This document shows, one piece after another, positions 25,001-38,046 of a DNA stretch of 64,000 bases. A program made the position numbers and the translations under genes. The DNA lies in assembly GCA_958009085.1 (NCBI GenBank), contig OY253686.1, positions 186,001 to 250,000 on the forward strand. The letters run 5' to 3'. The notes beneath the pieces are model-generated. The model did no database searches. It saw only the letters and a list, made by a program, of their open reading frames with translations, and had not been told where the DNA came from. Position 1 is the stretch's first letter; every line of letters begins with the position of its first letter. Source of the DNA: Protoeuglena noctilucae (Eukaryota).

Positions 25001-28000
25001 AGTCAGGTCAGTCCTCCATCCACAACTGCCCCACCCATGATCACCTCTTGCCCAACGATCCTGGTCAGTGCTACCCCCACTACCACCCCCCACCCCTCCT
25101 CACCTCCTTGAGCGAGTCGATCATCCCGTCGACCTCCTCCGCAGGCAGCGCCATCTGCACCCAGGGCAGCATGGCCTGCAGCACCTCGGCCCCTGTCCTA
25201 CCGATGATCGTGCCCACCAGCGCCTGCTGTTCGTCCCTCGAGAAGTGCTCCACGAAGAGCGGCCACAGCCCCTCCTCCTCCGACCGCACGTGCGTCTCTA
25301 CCGCCGCGTGGATCGAAGCGCAGACCCTTTGGAGGTAAGAGACCAGCTCGTCACGCCGTGCGCCGGGCGGCGTGGACCGCAGCTCCCTTATCGCCGCGTC
25401 CGCCTGTCGGAACAGCACCTCCTCCTCCCGATGGTCCATCTCGTAGCTCTTGCTCACGTTATGCAGCGCCTCCTTTCCCTCCAGTGCGGGGAACACCACC
25501 TGGTCCTCCGCGTGTGAGTGCGCGTGGTAGATGGACCACAGGAACTGAAAGCGGCCGTCCAGGCGCCGCAGCGTAGACTCCGTGCCGTCCAACAGCATCG
25601 CGTCTTCCTCCAATAGGGCCAGCTCCGATCGGAGCGCCTCGTGGAATTGGAAAATGTGGTCAATGGGAGCGAGGCCCAGGTCGGGGGGTGACGACGCACT
25701 CGGGGCGGAGGGGGCGGGGAGGGTTGGGGAGAGGGGCGCGCCGTGCGACGGTGGGGCGCAGGAGGGGGCGTCGGCGGTGGGGGAGTGCCGGGGGCGCTTG
25801 CGGCGGTGGCGGGCGGCGTCGGTGTCCGCCCCGATGCCCGCCCCCGCGTCCGGCGAAGGTGGGGAGGTGCCGGGGGAGGTGACCAAGGCCTGTCGGTGCT
25901 CCGAAACGTGCTTTGGGTCCTCCGCCGGGTCTGCGGGGGGCCCGGCGGGCCACAGGCCCAGGGCGGCCGCTGCTTCGGCGCTCGTGACGTCCTGCCCCGG
26001 GTGCGCCTGCCTCCACGCGCGGCCCTGGTCGATCCAGGCGGCGAGCATCGCCACGAGGGGCTCCTCGGTGGGGGCCATGGCCTGGGGGTGGGGTGTGGGT
26101 GGGGGTGGGTGTGAGGGGTGCATGGGGTGTGGGTGTGTGGACAGGGTATTGGGATGCCACGCCCCACCGTCTCAGCACCCTGCAACCCTCCCATCTGCCA
26201 CTCGCCTGCCTCAGCACCCGGATGAACCTCACCACAACACTACCACGACTCCCCCCCTCTCATCTCCCACTCCCCACTCGCCTGCCTCAGCACCCGGATG
26301 AACCTCTCGGCCCCCTCCGGCGACAGTCGCGCCCCCAGCCACGGCAGCACCCGCTCCAGCAGGCGCAGGGGCATCGCACGCAACGTCATCCACGCCAAAC
26401 GACGCTGCTCCCGGGGACCCAGGCAGCGGCGGAGCTCGGGGAGCACCTGGGGGAAGGGGCATGAGTGGTTTACTTATTACCATTTACAGAGTACAGAATG
26501 CTTAGGGACCGAAAGTGGTATCGCCTCAACCTCCTCATCGCTCCCTTCGTCCCCTCACCTGCTCCTCCTCCACCATCATGTGGTCGAAGATGGACCCGCA
26601 CAGCGCCAGCGCCGCCGAGCACGCCCCCGCCACCTTGTCCCTCGCGTGACGCGTGCCCCGCCGCACGTGCATCAGCGCGTCCCGCATCCGCTGCCCCACA
26701 TCGTCCAGAGCCTCGCTGTGGCGGTCGTGGTCCGCCTGGCACCCGGCCGCCCCCACCGCCACCCCCGCCGCTCGCAGCGCGGGCAACACCGCGTCGTCCT
26801 CGCTCTGGCAGTGGTACAAGTGGATCTGGCGCAGCACGCGGAACTTGTCCACCAGAGACTGCGGGGGGAGGTGGGGGAGGTGGGGGGTGAGAGGTGAGGA
26901 TGTGAGCAGCACCTCACCGCACATTGATAGTACTACAGAGCACGCCCATACAGCTCAAGCATGACCACACCATTTTACGTCATCTCACATCATCAAAGCG
27001 CGCACACCCCACCCCACCCCAGAACCACCGCGCACCTCGAGCAAGGCCACCAGCCCCGGCCCCGTCGCGCCCGCCCCCCCCGCCGCCCGCTGCAGGGCGT
27101 GAGCGTCCGCCGACAGCGCCATCAGCAGCTCCCGAATCACGTCGTGCACGTGAACCACCGCCTCCATCGCGCTGCGGCCACCCTCACGCTCCTCCTCCTC
27201 CCCACCCTGGCCACCCTGAGATGTCTCCCCCGCGCCATCCCCGTCCGCACCTCCCGCCCCGCCCCGCCCCGCCGCGGCGCTCTCCGCTGCGGGCTGCGAC
27301 CCGGCCACTTCGCCCGCGCCCCCGTCCCCCAGCCACGCGTGCAGGACCTCCTTCGTCGGGGCCGAGAGCTCCGTCCCGGGCAGCTGCGCCAGGGCTTCAC
27401 GGATGCCCTCGAGGTCCGCGGCGTCCGCACCGCGCGTGAGCCAGGACAGCACGGCGGGCGCGGCGTTGAGGGGAATGCAGGCGAGGAAGTCGGCTACCAG
27501 CCGCGCCTGGGCGCGTGGGGAGAAGTGCTGCAGGAGGAGCGGGAGGAGCTGCTCCTCCTCTTTCGCGAGGTGCTTGCCGACGGTCGTGTGGATCTGCTCC
27601 GCCTTAAGCAGGAAGGCCCGGACCGCGCCCTCGCGCGCCGCGCCCGCGGGCGCATCCAGCGCCCCCGCCAGCAGCGTGGCCAGCTCGTCGAAGAGCCGCT
27701 CCTCGTCCTCGTGCTCCACCATGTAGCCGAACGTGACATTGCGTACTTTGCTCTGCGCGACGCGGAGGGACCCGAGCGGCGTCGAGCGCGGCGGCGGGCG
27801 CGAGAGAAACAGCACCGCAGCAGTCGCGTGGCCTGGACACTCGCCTCGAGCTCCGGGTACACGACCTCGTCCTCCACCGCCGTATGGTAATGATAAACGT
27901 TTCGGAGGAAGCGATAGCGCCCATGGAGCTCCGCGAGCGTCTCCCGCTCCTGCTCAGGCGTCTGAGAACGCGAGGGGGAAGCAGCGCGTCGGGGGACGGC

Positions 28001-28163
28001 CGGGACGGCGCCCCGACGCGCGTGCCGATAGACATTTGCGGCACGGGGCGCTCACCAGGTCGCTGCCCCTCAATCCACCGCATAAGGCGGACAGCGACGT
28101 CAACTCGTGCCGGATGCGGTCGTGCAGGTGCGAGTAGATGAAGCGGATGGGCTCCTCCGACAT
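22044..28163 (-). CDS. BTS: BRUTUS/HRZ-like E3 ligase: 3 hemerythrin (HHE) domains + CHY/CTCHY zinc fingers + RING + zinc ribbon
   Basis: HHE motifs (HLAKEEEQLLPLL; HCQSEDDAVLPAL; FQFHEALR...HSHAEDQVVFPALE); CHY GCAHYARG..APCCGRVYTCRQCHD; YYCDICHL..YHCPFCNVCRRGKGLG; RING CPVC..LPCGHFLHLSC..CPLC; CNDC..YHKCPACHSYNT. Confidence 0.93.
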
Positions 28164-28770
28164 CGCCCGCTTCTCATGGTCAGCGTCCCACGTCGGGACC
28201 GGCGGCACGCGCGACAGGGACATGCCGGCGGGCTCTCACGCACGGGGCCGGTGCACCGCAGCGCTCCCAAGCAAGTGGGAGCCCAGGGGACCTCCCTCGC
28301 GTCACCCTGCGAAGACGTGGGTCGACGAGCGTTCGGATGCTCGAAGGAAGGGCATGAAAGAGCGCAGAGTGCCGCAGATGCGCACCCTGATGCTGTGCTC
28401 GCAAAAGCGCTCGCAGCGTGGGGCCCGGGGACAGTCACAGTGCCATCAATCCAGGCATGGGGGCTAGCTCGATGGGCCCGGGAGGCCGCGGCCGAAATTC
28501 CCTGGCGAATCGACCTGCTTTGCTTGGCTGAGAGGCGATCCCTCGCTCATCGCATTCGGCGCGATCCTGATGCGAATTTGGGCGCGGGAGGGCGACGAAG
28601 CGCGAACAAAACCGTGCTCCCCCACCCCTGACAGTCGTCAGACACGTCTTTGAACGTGACAACTGAGCTATCGGTCACAGCAGGGTCCGCACGACAGCGA
28701 CATAAGCACCATGCAGAGGGTGGGGTCAGCGAGGGACGGAATGCGCGGCGATGGCCAAGCGTTGGGCCCA

Positions 28771-29635
28771 TCAACGCAAACGGCCCCCTCTAACCACCCC
28801 CTTTCTGCTCCACGAGCTCCTTGTAGGCGTTCGTCAGCTCCTGCTTGAAGTGCGTCTTCCATGCGTTGAATTGCCGGATCAGCTGCTCGAGGCTCTGCTT
28901 GACATCGAGCTTCTCCGCCGCACCAGGCGGGCCGAGCCTGCGTGTGCCGCAGCCTCACGCCGCATCTTTCCGTGCCCTGCCATGGCAGCACACGCACCCG
29001 ACCGCCGCATCCGATTCCGGCCACTCACCCCTGGGCGACCTCGCGAATGAAGAGGAGGTCGTCCTCCATCGTGCCGTGGCACCCCATGACCTGGTGGGAC
29101 GCGCCCTCTGGCATCAGCAGGGCCTTCTTCACATCCCCGAGGAAGTCGATGGCGGTCGTGAAGTTCTCGAGCAAATCCTGCTCGTTCTCCTGAAACACGT
29201 CTGCGGATGACGTGCACGCGGACTCTGGAATCCACAGCCGTGGCCCATCTCAGCCGCCTCCGGCCTCCTCTCCTGCCCTCACCGATAGCTTTGATCCTCT
29301 CCTCCCGCTCTTGTCGGAGCCTCTGTCTCAAGAGGTTGTTCTGTGGCAGCAAGAGGACTCGACCGTTACAGTGCACACGCCGGTGCGCGACTAGCGATGC
29401 TATCGCCACGGTCAGCTTGGCCGCATTCACCTCTTTCTCGAGCCGAAAGATCCTCTCGCGCAGGGAAGAGACTTCCCCGCCAGGGCCCCCCTCGTCCGAG
29501 TCCACGAGGTCAGGGACGTGATTCTGCGCGGGGCGAACGCCGATGGAGTCACCCCGCCATCCAGCACGTCCGGGAAGGCGGACACAAGGCGGACAAGAGC
29601 CAGCGACGCGCCTGGTAGCTCTTCCCGTTCGCCAT
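28771..29635 (-). CDS. Small coiled-coil protein with a C-terminus resembling the plant myosin VIII tail
   Basis: MANGKSYQ|NHVPDL...LRERIFRLEKE|NNLLRQRL...AI|DVFQENE...EDDLLFIREVAQG|LGPPGAAEKLDVKQSLEQLIRQFNAWKTHFKQELTNAYKEL; splice phases consistent. Confidence 0.6.
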
Positions 29636-30070
29636 GCCTCTCACGGCGTGCCGAGGCAGCCGTGGCCAACGGCAGCGAAGGTTGTTCCTCCCAGTCGCGC
29701 GCAAAGTCTCGAAACTCTAGCCTGACCCGGCCTCTCTCCCGCGAAAAGCTCAGGACACTGTGCTTGCGCCACCGGTGTGACCCTCGCTGAGAAAAGTCTG
29801 CTTGAGGACCGTCGCCTGCTCCACAGTCAGCTGTTCGCGCCACTTTGCGCTCAGTGGCGTCACAAGGCGCCGAGAAATGGTCATGCACCCACCTCTGGCG
29901 CATGGCTGACAGCGGCCCTGCCCGCTAAACGCGTGAGCTGCACTCCGCCGTTGCTCATTTCCCTCATCTACCGCGCACAGAGCCCCAGGTCTTCCTCGGA
30001 CGGGCGCGCGGCCACTGCACTCCACCGACACGGCCCGTCGCCGGGAATTCTCGGGGAGGCGCGTCCGCTT

Positions 30071-31588
30071 ATGCGGCTGCACTTGCTCCAGCGGGAGCAG
30101 AAGGCGCACGAAGACTCCGTCTGGTGCCTCGCGTGGGGAAAGGACGCGCGGGTCTTCGCCACAGGTACCACCAGGGAGCACGTTGCGGGGAACGCAGAGA
30201 TCCCGCCCCGCCGCGGGTCCCGCAGGCGCGGAAGCCGATTCCTGCGCGGGTGTTCTTGGGAGCAATCTGCATGCTCCTCCACCCGCAGGATCGGTGGACG
30301 AGCGCGCCACGCTTTGGTCGCTGGAGGTCAGTGAGGGGCCTGGGTCGGATGTCCCCACCGCGTCCATCTCGCGCACCAACTCCGTGACGGGCCACACCCT
30401 CGGGGTCGTCTCCGTCGACATCGGTGACACGCGGGCGGCCGTCGCGGCGATGTCCAGCGGTTGAGCACGGTAGCAAGACCCCGCTCTTGTGCCGCCCCCG
30501 CAGAGGCGTCCGGGGCTCTGGCGGCGACGACTGCTCTGGACAGCGTGCTGCGGATCATCGATGTCAGCAATCCAGCTGCGTGCAGGCCCGTGGGCGTCCT
30601 CGAGGGCAAGCCCATGCACCTGTGGCAAGCCGCCTTTGACCCAACAGGTCCGCATTGGTTCGCAAAGCACCAGGCGTACCACGCCTGGTAGCACATCGCG
30701 CTCCCCGCGCATTCACCCATCGCAACTCGCGCCGCGCTCCCCGCAGGCACGCGTGTGCTGGCCGCCGGTGGGTCGGCGTGCGCGCTCCACGTCGTCTCTC
30801 TGCCAGCCGACTTGGCGAGGGCGGAGCAGCCCGTGTCCCTGTCGCTGGACTCGTCGATAGGGGCGTACGCGGAGGGAGACGCGCCCCCGGAGAACGAGTT
30901 CGCGCTCTCAGGTGAGTCTAGTGAGGGAGTGGTGCTGGTGGGTCACCCTGCGTGCCCTGTGACTGAGCCACCCAGCCGTGGCGTCTCTGCCCATGCCCGA
31001 GGCAGGGCCCGCTAAGCCGGTGTTGTCACGTCCGCAGTCGCGTGCTCGCGGGACGGCAGGCGCGCGGCCGTCGGGTGCATGTCGGGGACCATTTCCATCT
31101 TCGACGTGGAGCGGGGGCAGCTCTTGCGGCAGATCAAGCGACACAGCAAGCCCGTGCGCACCCTGTGCTTCTCCCGCGACTCCAAGTACCTGTACGTGAG
31201 TCTAGCAGCGCGGTAGCGACCGGCATGCTTAGCCCTGGCTCTGCCGACGGGCTCAGTGACCGTCCCGCCTGGCACTCTGCAGTCGGGCTCGGACGACATG
31301 CACATCAACGTGGCGGACGCCGAGGGCGGGTCGCATGTGAGCGCGATGACGGGCCACAGCTCGTGGGTCCTGTCCCTGGACCTGCACCCGGAGGGCCAGG
31401 CGCTGCTGTCGGGGGGCGCAGACAGCAAGGTCAAGCTTTGGGACCTCCGGCAGATGCACGGGGCGTGCGCACAGACGTGCTCCGACCACGCCGGCCACGT
31501 GTGGGCCGTCAAGTTCAGCGCGGACGGGCAGCGTGCGGCGTCGGGGGCCGCGTGCGGCTCCGTGGCGGTCTACGGCTTCGCGCCCTGA
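30071..31588 (+). CDS. WDR61: WD40 protein WDR61/SKI8 (VIP3)
   Basis: KAHEDSVWCLAW, TGHTLGVVSVD, TALDSVLRI, HSKPVRTLCFS, GHSSWVLSLD, DSKVKLWD, DHAGHVWAVKF. Confidence 0.85.
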
Positions 31589-31903
31589 GCCGCGGGCGGG
31601 GCAGCGGGCGTTTGTCGCGAGCGCATCCCGTAGAGTGGCTGACGCAGCGATTCGTTCGTGCGATTCAAAAACTGGCTGTGCCACTCGTTTCCAGCGGCGG
31701 CGGCCTCATCCGTGCCGCGGCGGTCCCGCTCCCGGCGGAACCCCTTGTCTTGTCCCACCGCTTCACAGCTCCCTTCTCGGCTCTTCTCCGCCGCGTCGTC
31801 TCTGGACACGCCAAGCGACCGGCGCGCCGCGGCATCTAGCTTCCTCACCTCAGCAGCGGGCAGGCTGCAAGAGGTTATGCCAAGGAAGACTAGCAGACGC
31901 CCC

Positions 31904-33438
31904 ATGACATCCGAGACGAAGTGAGCGGCGAGCTCTTTGCCCCGCGGCCATTTTTGGCCACTGCTGCCGTCCGCCCCCCTCTGCCGCCCCGCGCCCACCT
32001 TGTGCGTCGTTGTATTCGCTTCATTTGCCTGCTGAGAGCGCCGGCTTGGTCGATACAACGCTGTATGCCCGTCCCGGGGCACCGTGCTCCGTCGCATTTG
32101 GCGCCGGATTCAGGCCCCACCCGGCGCTTAGCGGGCCCAATGCTCTGCCTCCGCTCCTTCTCATCAATCAAAGTTTGCGCCGCGCCGCAGAAAGAATGGA
32201 GCGGGCGTGAAATTGGCGAGGAATCTGTGGCGCAAGCTCGAGGGCTTCCTCCACGGCGACGACCGGCCCATGCACGTGCTGGTGAGCAGTGTGCGCAAAC
32301 AGTTGCTGCCGAAGCGCTTTTGGGCTCCGGCAGGCCGCCACCGACGCCCGCTGCGACCCTCCCTCCCTGCAGGTGGCCTCAGCCGCTCACCTGCGGGTTG
32401 ATGAGTTCCAGCAGTACGCGGGGGAGCTGCTTTCCGTGCTCAATCGCCTCTTCGTGGCGGGCGGGAGGCTGCACGACGGCACGGGCGGGAGCGCGCCCGT
32501 GGGCCAGACCTCCAGGGCCCTAAAGGAGCTCCGCGACTCGCTGTGCGCCCTGGGAGCGGAGAATGGCACGGGGTCCATCCGCGGCTCGCAAACCAACGAG
32601 CACATCGCCCACGCTTTCGAGCGCGTCGATGCGTTCTTCGACCTCCTGCGCGAGCTGGGCGGCGACGCGGACCGCGTGGTGTGCAAGACGCTCATCCAGG
32701 CGCACGGCTTTGGAGGGCGCATCCAGCAGCGACTGGCTGACGCCTCGGGCGGCTGGATACGCCGCACGGTCGCACTCAAGCAGGCGGACGCCTCTCTCAC
32801 GGGGCTCGGCACGCAGAAGCACCAGCGCCGCGTCTTCAGGGACAACGAGGCTATCCTCAAGGTCTCTGCCCCCAAGAACGTCCCCGCCGAGCCCGGTGCG
32901 TGCTGGCAGCCCACCCTCTGCTTGCGAACACAGGCACACCCGCCCAGTTGTCTATCCCCCACATCTGACCCTTCCCCCGCCGCTCTCCCCGCCCGCAGTG
33001 ACGCCCAGCCCCGCAGCGCCGGTCCCCGCCCTGCGCATCCGCCTCCCGGCCAAGCTCTCCTTCGGCACCCCCCCGACGGCCGCCACCACGCCGTCCCTCC
33101 CGCCCCTCGCCCCCGAGGACGAGGAGGCTGCCGAGGAGGACGCCCCGCCCGCCAAGCGGCCCAGGCGTGACCCCGACGTCACGCTCACCGCCCTCGTGGA
33201 GCCCAGCCCCACCGTCGACAGCAACGTCGACAACCACGACGGCGACGGCGAGGAGGACTGCGGGGAGGAGATGGTGGTTCCTGTGACTGCCATCAACGAC
33301 CTGGTGGCGCCCCACTGGGCCCCGCGGTTCCCGGGCGCGAGCTGCATGGAGGCCGACCTGGCGATGCTGGACACCTGCCGGTGGAGCCCCCCCATCGACC
33401 CTGAGTTGTTCCTCCAGGACATCGAGACGATGTTCTAA
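31904..33438 (+). CDS. Hypothetical protein (helical N-domain, basic NLS-like motif, acidic C-terminus), 4 exons
   Basis: MTSETK|KNGAGVKLARNLWRKLEG...HVL|VASAAHL...PAEP|VTPS...PPAKRPRR...LFLQDIETMF*. Confidence 0.55.
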
Positions 33439-34459
33439 GGAAGCTTCTGGTGGGCGCTGGCCCTGCGTGGTGAGACGCGCATGTGCATGTGGGGCGGGCT
33501 ATGCTTGCGGCGCGCGCGACATGTGATGACTTGCACCCGTGTCAGTCCGTCAGTGCGGCCACTGTGCCTCGTCGCTCGCATCTACGCTCACCTCTCCCTG
33601 CCCCGCCACGCGCCTGCAGGATTTCTGGGCTTCTCAGTCGCCACCCCCTGGGGGGCGACCATGCAGAAAACGACAAAACCAAGCACAAGATGACGAAACA
33701 ACCCAAGACGACGACAAGAAATGACTCATGACTCACTTGCACACAACACCCAAAGACAACGACAAGACGGTTCCCGACCTGGCATGACATGGAGGAGGAG
33801 GAGAGGGTCTGACTAGTCCTGCCCCTAGCGACCCTGGTGATCTGTGATCCGCCTGCTTTGCTTCTCTTATGTGATGTCCCACCATGCCCCCTTCTCAGGG
33901 GGATAACTACTACCACAAAAACAAAGACAAGTAGGGCTCCTAGTAGCTATAGTGCCCATTAGGAGTTAGCACACTAGCTCCTAGCCCAAAAACAAAAAAA
34001 AAAAAAGCTGTGAAGCCCACAGCACTAGCGACGTGTCAGTGGAGCACTCTGTGTGCTTCAGCACTATGCCTTTCATACCTGCCGACCCGCGGTGACGACA
34101 GCCCGTGCCCTGACAGCCCCTGCCCTGCAGCAGCAGCAGCCCTGCCACAGCGCGCCTCTGTCCCAGCAACAGAGGCCCTGCGGGCTTCTGCGGCGCCTGC
34201 CCTGCCACAGCACGCGGCTGTGGGCCCAGGTATCTCCCGACCCTCTCTGCCACTGGCAGGGTCTCTTGCGGGGAGGGTTTCCCTAGAAGCTCCTGCCCGA
34301 AATCCCTCACTTGGTTCACAAGACGGCGCATTACACGGTTGCATCGGCTGTCCTCGAGTCTCTGTTGGCAGGGAAGTCGTTCCCGGGCATTGGCAGGCCG
34401 TCACGCACTGCGCGCACTGCACACAGCGCCACCGGCGGCGTCTGAACCGGGAGGAGGAC

Positions 34460-35306
34460 ATGGGGGCGCGGAATATCCATGGAAACGTGAAGAAGAAGTT
34501 GCAGGGGCTTAAGCGTCTAAAGTTCGAGGAGGTGCGCGCCGGCAGGGTTGCCGGGCGGCTCGCGCAGTTGTGGAGGTTTTGGAAGCCCGAAACGCCGCTG
34601 GGGCTCCCTTTGTCGCTGCGCAAGTCGTGTACTAGTACACTAGCATGTGTCACCGTGGCAGTTCGCTCCCGCCGATGTCTCAGGCCGGCGAGCAGCCACG
34701 TCGCACTTGTTCAGCCTAGGGCACCTCGCGCCCCGCGCTGCAGGACGCGGGCGTGCAGCGGCGGGAGGCGGAGAAGGAAGCGGCGATGCAAAAGGTGTTG
34801 GCGGCGCCGAAGGTCCCGACCACAGGTGCGCGGCGGCAGCGGGGCCGGGTGCGCAGTCTTGGTAGCGTTGGCGCAGCGGCGTCCGGCTGCATATCTCCTC
34901 CCGCGTGGCCCTCGCAGACCCTTTAGCAGACCAAGATCTGTCTCGCATCAGGAAGTCGCTGCAAGGCCAAGCCGCCGCGCCGGACGCGGCGATGGACGAC
35001 GAGGAGGACATCTCCGCGATGGTCTGCAAGGAGAGCCGGCTGGGGCTCTACAACAACAAGAAGAAGAACCGGACGCAGATCGCAAAGGCGAGGGACTTGG
35101 CCCGGCAGCGGCCGAGCGCAACATGCACTGCGGTGCACGATGCAGGGTGCCGTCGGTCGTGTTTCTTTGCGATGCATCGACGCCATTTCAACGCTGCAAT
35201 CCCCTGCCCCTTGCAGAAGAAGCGAGCGAGCAAGATGCTGCGGCTGACCAAGGTCAAGAAGGCCAGGAAGCACGGCCTGATGAACGTCAAGATGGACGTG
35301 GGCTAG
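34460..35306 (+). CDS. Small basic (Lys-rich) protein, 4 exons; possibly nucleolar
   Basis: MGARNIHGNVKKKLQGLKRLKFEE|DAGVQ...|DQDL...IAK|KKRASKMLRLTKVKKARKHG; in-phase introns. Confidence 0.55.
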
Positions 35307-35342
35307 CCTGCCGCTAGGCAGGCACAGCGCCGCGCCGCGCTT

Positions 35343-36670
35343 TCAATTCAACACATCGTCCCTCAGCAGCAGCACGACAGCCTGCGGGGGTGCGCAAGAG
35401 GAGCATGCTTAGGATAGGCCCGCGCTTAGGCATGCGCATCGCACACCGTCACGGCGCTCCCTGCCCCCATGCATTGCCATGCCGCGGCACGCGGCCTTCA
35501 CCTCAGCGGCGATGGACCGGTTCTCCCCCAGCGAGTCGACCTTCTCGTGCGTTTTCGCCTTGAGGTTGACGCAGGAGGGGTGGCAGTCGAGCAGGGCACA
35601 CAGGTTGCCGCGGATCGTCTCCTTGTGAGGCGACAGCTTGGGCTTCTGCGGGCGAGACTCGCTTGCGTGTAGGGAAACGTCAAGGGCTGGAGAACACTCA
35701 AAATAAACTCGGATGGCAGACTCGGAGCGTGGCTGGCAGCGGCGCTCGAGGGGACAGGGCCTGTGCCAAGCGTTGCGCATAGCAGAGACATTGCGATCGC
35801 TCGCCTGTGCGATGATGGTGCAGTCGATGTTGCCGATGCGGTAGCCCCTGTTGCGCATCTCCTTGACAGCCTCGCGCACAAAGAGGTCCGAGGTCTGGCC
35901 TTTCCAGCGGGGGTCAGTGTCAGGGAACATCTGCCTGCAACAGAGAGACGCACGGGAGGGTGCGCTATTTGGGATAACAATCAGGCGACCTAACTGCTGT
36001 AGTAACATAAAGATTTGGCGGGAAAGTGGTCGCGTCATCGCCGCCCGCAGCGCCAACAGCGGCTGTTTCGGTGTCGCTTGCGCGCTCACCCGATGTCCGG
36101 CAGGCACAGGGCGCCCAGGATGGCGTCCGTCACCGTGTGCAGGAGCACATCGCTGCGTGCGAGGTAACAGAAGTGTTTGAAGTCACAGAAGCGTGCCTGC
36201 CGCGGGCCGGGTTCGCTGGGGAGGCCATGTGAGTGTGCAAGCAAGACCTCACCCGTCCGAGTGGGCCACGCAGCCCACTGTGTGAGGGATGTCCACGCCG
36301 CCAATGATAAGCTTGTACCCCGGCTCAAGTCTGCGTGGGAGGCCGAGGCCGGCATGCGCTGCGCTGAACAGCCGCGAGCGAGACGCTGGGGTTGGCACAC
36401 GCCGCGCCCGGGTGCCCCGAAAGGGCGATCCGCAGACAGCGACGCAGAACAAGTGCTCGTTTTCGACGACCAAGCGCATCTTCTCGCGACAGGGAGGTTC
36501 GCGCGTCCAGGCACGCACCGGTGGAGATCCCATCCGTGCCCGATGCGGTAGGGAAGCGACGGAGCCTCCGCCGCGACAGCCTGAACCGCCGTCCTCCGCA
36601 CATGAGAGCCAGAAGTCCGACAAACGGGCCCCTTCAGCCCCCCAGCCACCCGAAGGGACACGCTTTGCAT
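35343..36670 (-). CDS. ispF: 2-C-methyl-D-erythritol 2,4-cyclodiphosphate synthase, plastid-targeted
   Basis: RIGHGWDLHR, HSDG|DVLLH..DAILGAL..PDIG|QMFPDTDPRWKG, GNIDCTIIAQ|KPKLSPHK, VNLKAKTHEKVDSLGENRSIAAE|AVVLL; N-terminal transit peptide. Confidence 0.97.
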
Positions 36671-37046
36671 GGTCCCCTGCTGGCCCAATCCAGTCCCGAA
36701 TTCGCGCGCCGTGTGTACGTGCTGCAAGCCTAAATAGCAAATGATAGGCCGCTGCTGCACCTGAGTGCTTTTGCGAGGATGCAGGCCCCAGATCAGGGCC
36801 AGAAGGAGCAACGCAAGACACGGCCCTCTGGCATGCGCTGGCGCCGCCGTTGAGGGCTGACGATCCACTCAAAGACGAGCGCAGTTGTTCCGCGCTTCTT
36901 ACTCGTCGCGCGCCTGGGTCTCGGCTTCATCAGACGGCTGGAGCACCTCCCTGCACGTTGTGCGACGCCTACTGCAGCGCTTGCGCAGCCCGGCGAGCCG
37001 GGATTGGCGGCTGTCGTTGTCGTGGGAGCATCTGTCTGTTGCTCAC

Positions 37047-37836
37047 ATGGCTGCAACCGAGGTGCGAGCCCGCTGAGCGTCGCGCGCTTGCATCCCTTGC
37101 TCGCTCCCGCGAATTCCCGAGCTCCCCCGCTTGCTTAACCCCGCAGGCGCGTGAGGAAGAGACCGCGGTTGCGGGTCCGCGGGAGACCGGCTGCAGCGAG
37201 GAGGAGCGCTTTCGCTTGGAGATGGAGTTCGTGCAGTGCCTCGCCAACCCAGACTATCTTCACTGTGAGGCCGTCCTCGGCGGTTTAAACCCCATTTGCA
37301 CATGTCTATCTATACAAACAATAGCCCGCCCGGTCCCCCCGCAGTCCTGGCGAGGAGTGGCCTCTTGACAGACCCCTCAATGGTCGCGTATTTGGAGTAC
37401 CTGCAGTATTGGCAACTCCCCGAGTACGCCAGGCTGCTCATGTTTCCTTGGTGCCTCTACTCCCTGCGTCTCCTCACCATCGTGAGCAAGCAAGCCCTCT
37501 GCTTCATGCTCGCCCCACCCACACCCTGCACCCCTGATGCCTGCCCCGCCTGCCTCACCACATCCGCTGCCGCCCCACCCCTTCTAACCTCAGCATGAAC
37601 AGTACACCACACTGTATCCTGCTCACCCTTGTAACACCCCATCTGTCCCCCGTGTGTGCTTTCAGAAAGAGTTCCGCACCGCCCTCCACGATGCCGGATT
37701 CAAGGACGCACTTCGCGACCAGCAGCACCGATCGTGGCTGCACTTCCTCAACAACCGCTTCAGCGAGGGCGCCCGGCCCGCGACAGAGGGCGACGCCGCA
37801 CCAGCGGCGCAACCGGGGGGGCAAGAGGGCACATGA
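37047..37836 (+). CDS. MED31: Mediator subunit 31 (SOH1)
   Basis: RFRLEMEFVQCLANPDYLH|FLA..YLEYLQYWQLPEYARLLMFPWCLYSLRLL. Confidence 0.95.
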
Positions 37837-38046
37837 CGCTGCAAAGCTTAGTCTATGATGTACACCTGATTTTATCCTACTGCTTCCACAGCTGCTGCAT
37901 TTGACAGCCTCATTTCCCTATGCTTGAGGCTCGATGCATCCCATCCAGCTTGCGTGGCAAGTATAACATGACTAGCGAGACGTTGGATGGGCCAGTGACG
38001 TCAACAGTTGGGTCCCAATCTTCATGATTCAAACGTCACGTTCAAA

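Noticed and set aside
3892..28163. Ubiquitin-ligase gene cluster (F-box genes, APC11, BTS)
   Set aside because: These families are common and partly explained by local duplication; no evidence of linkage.
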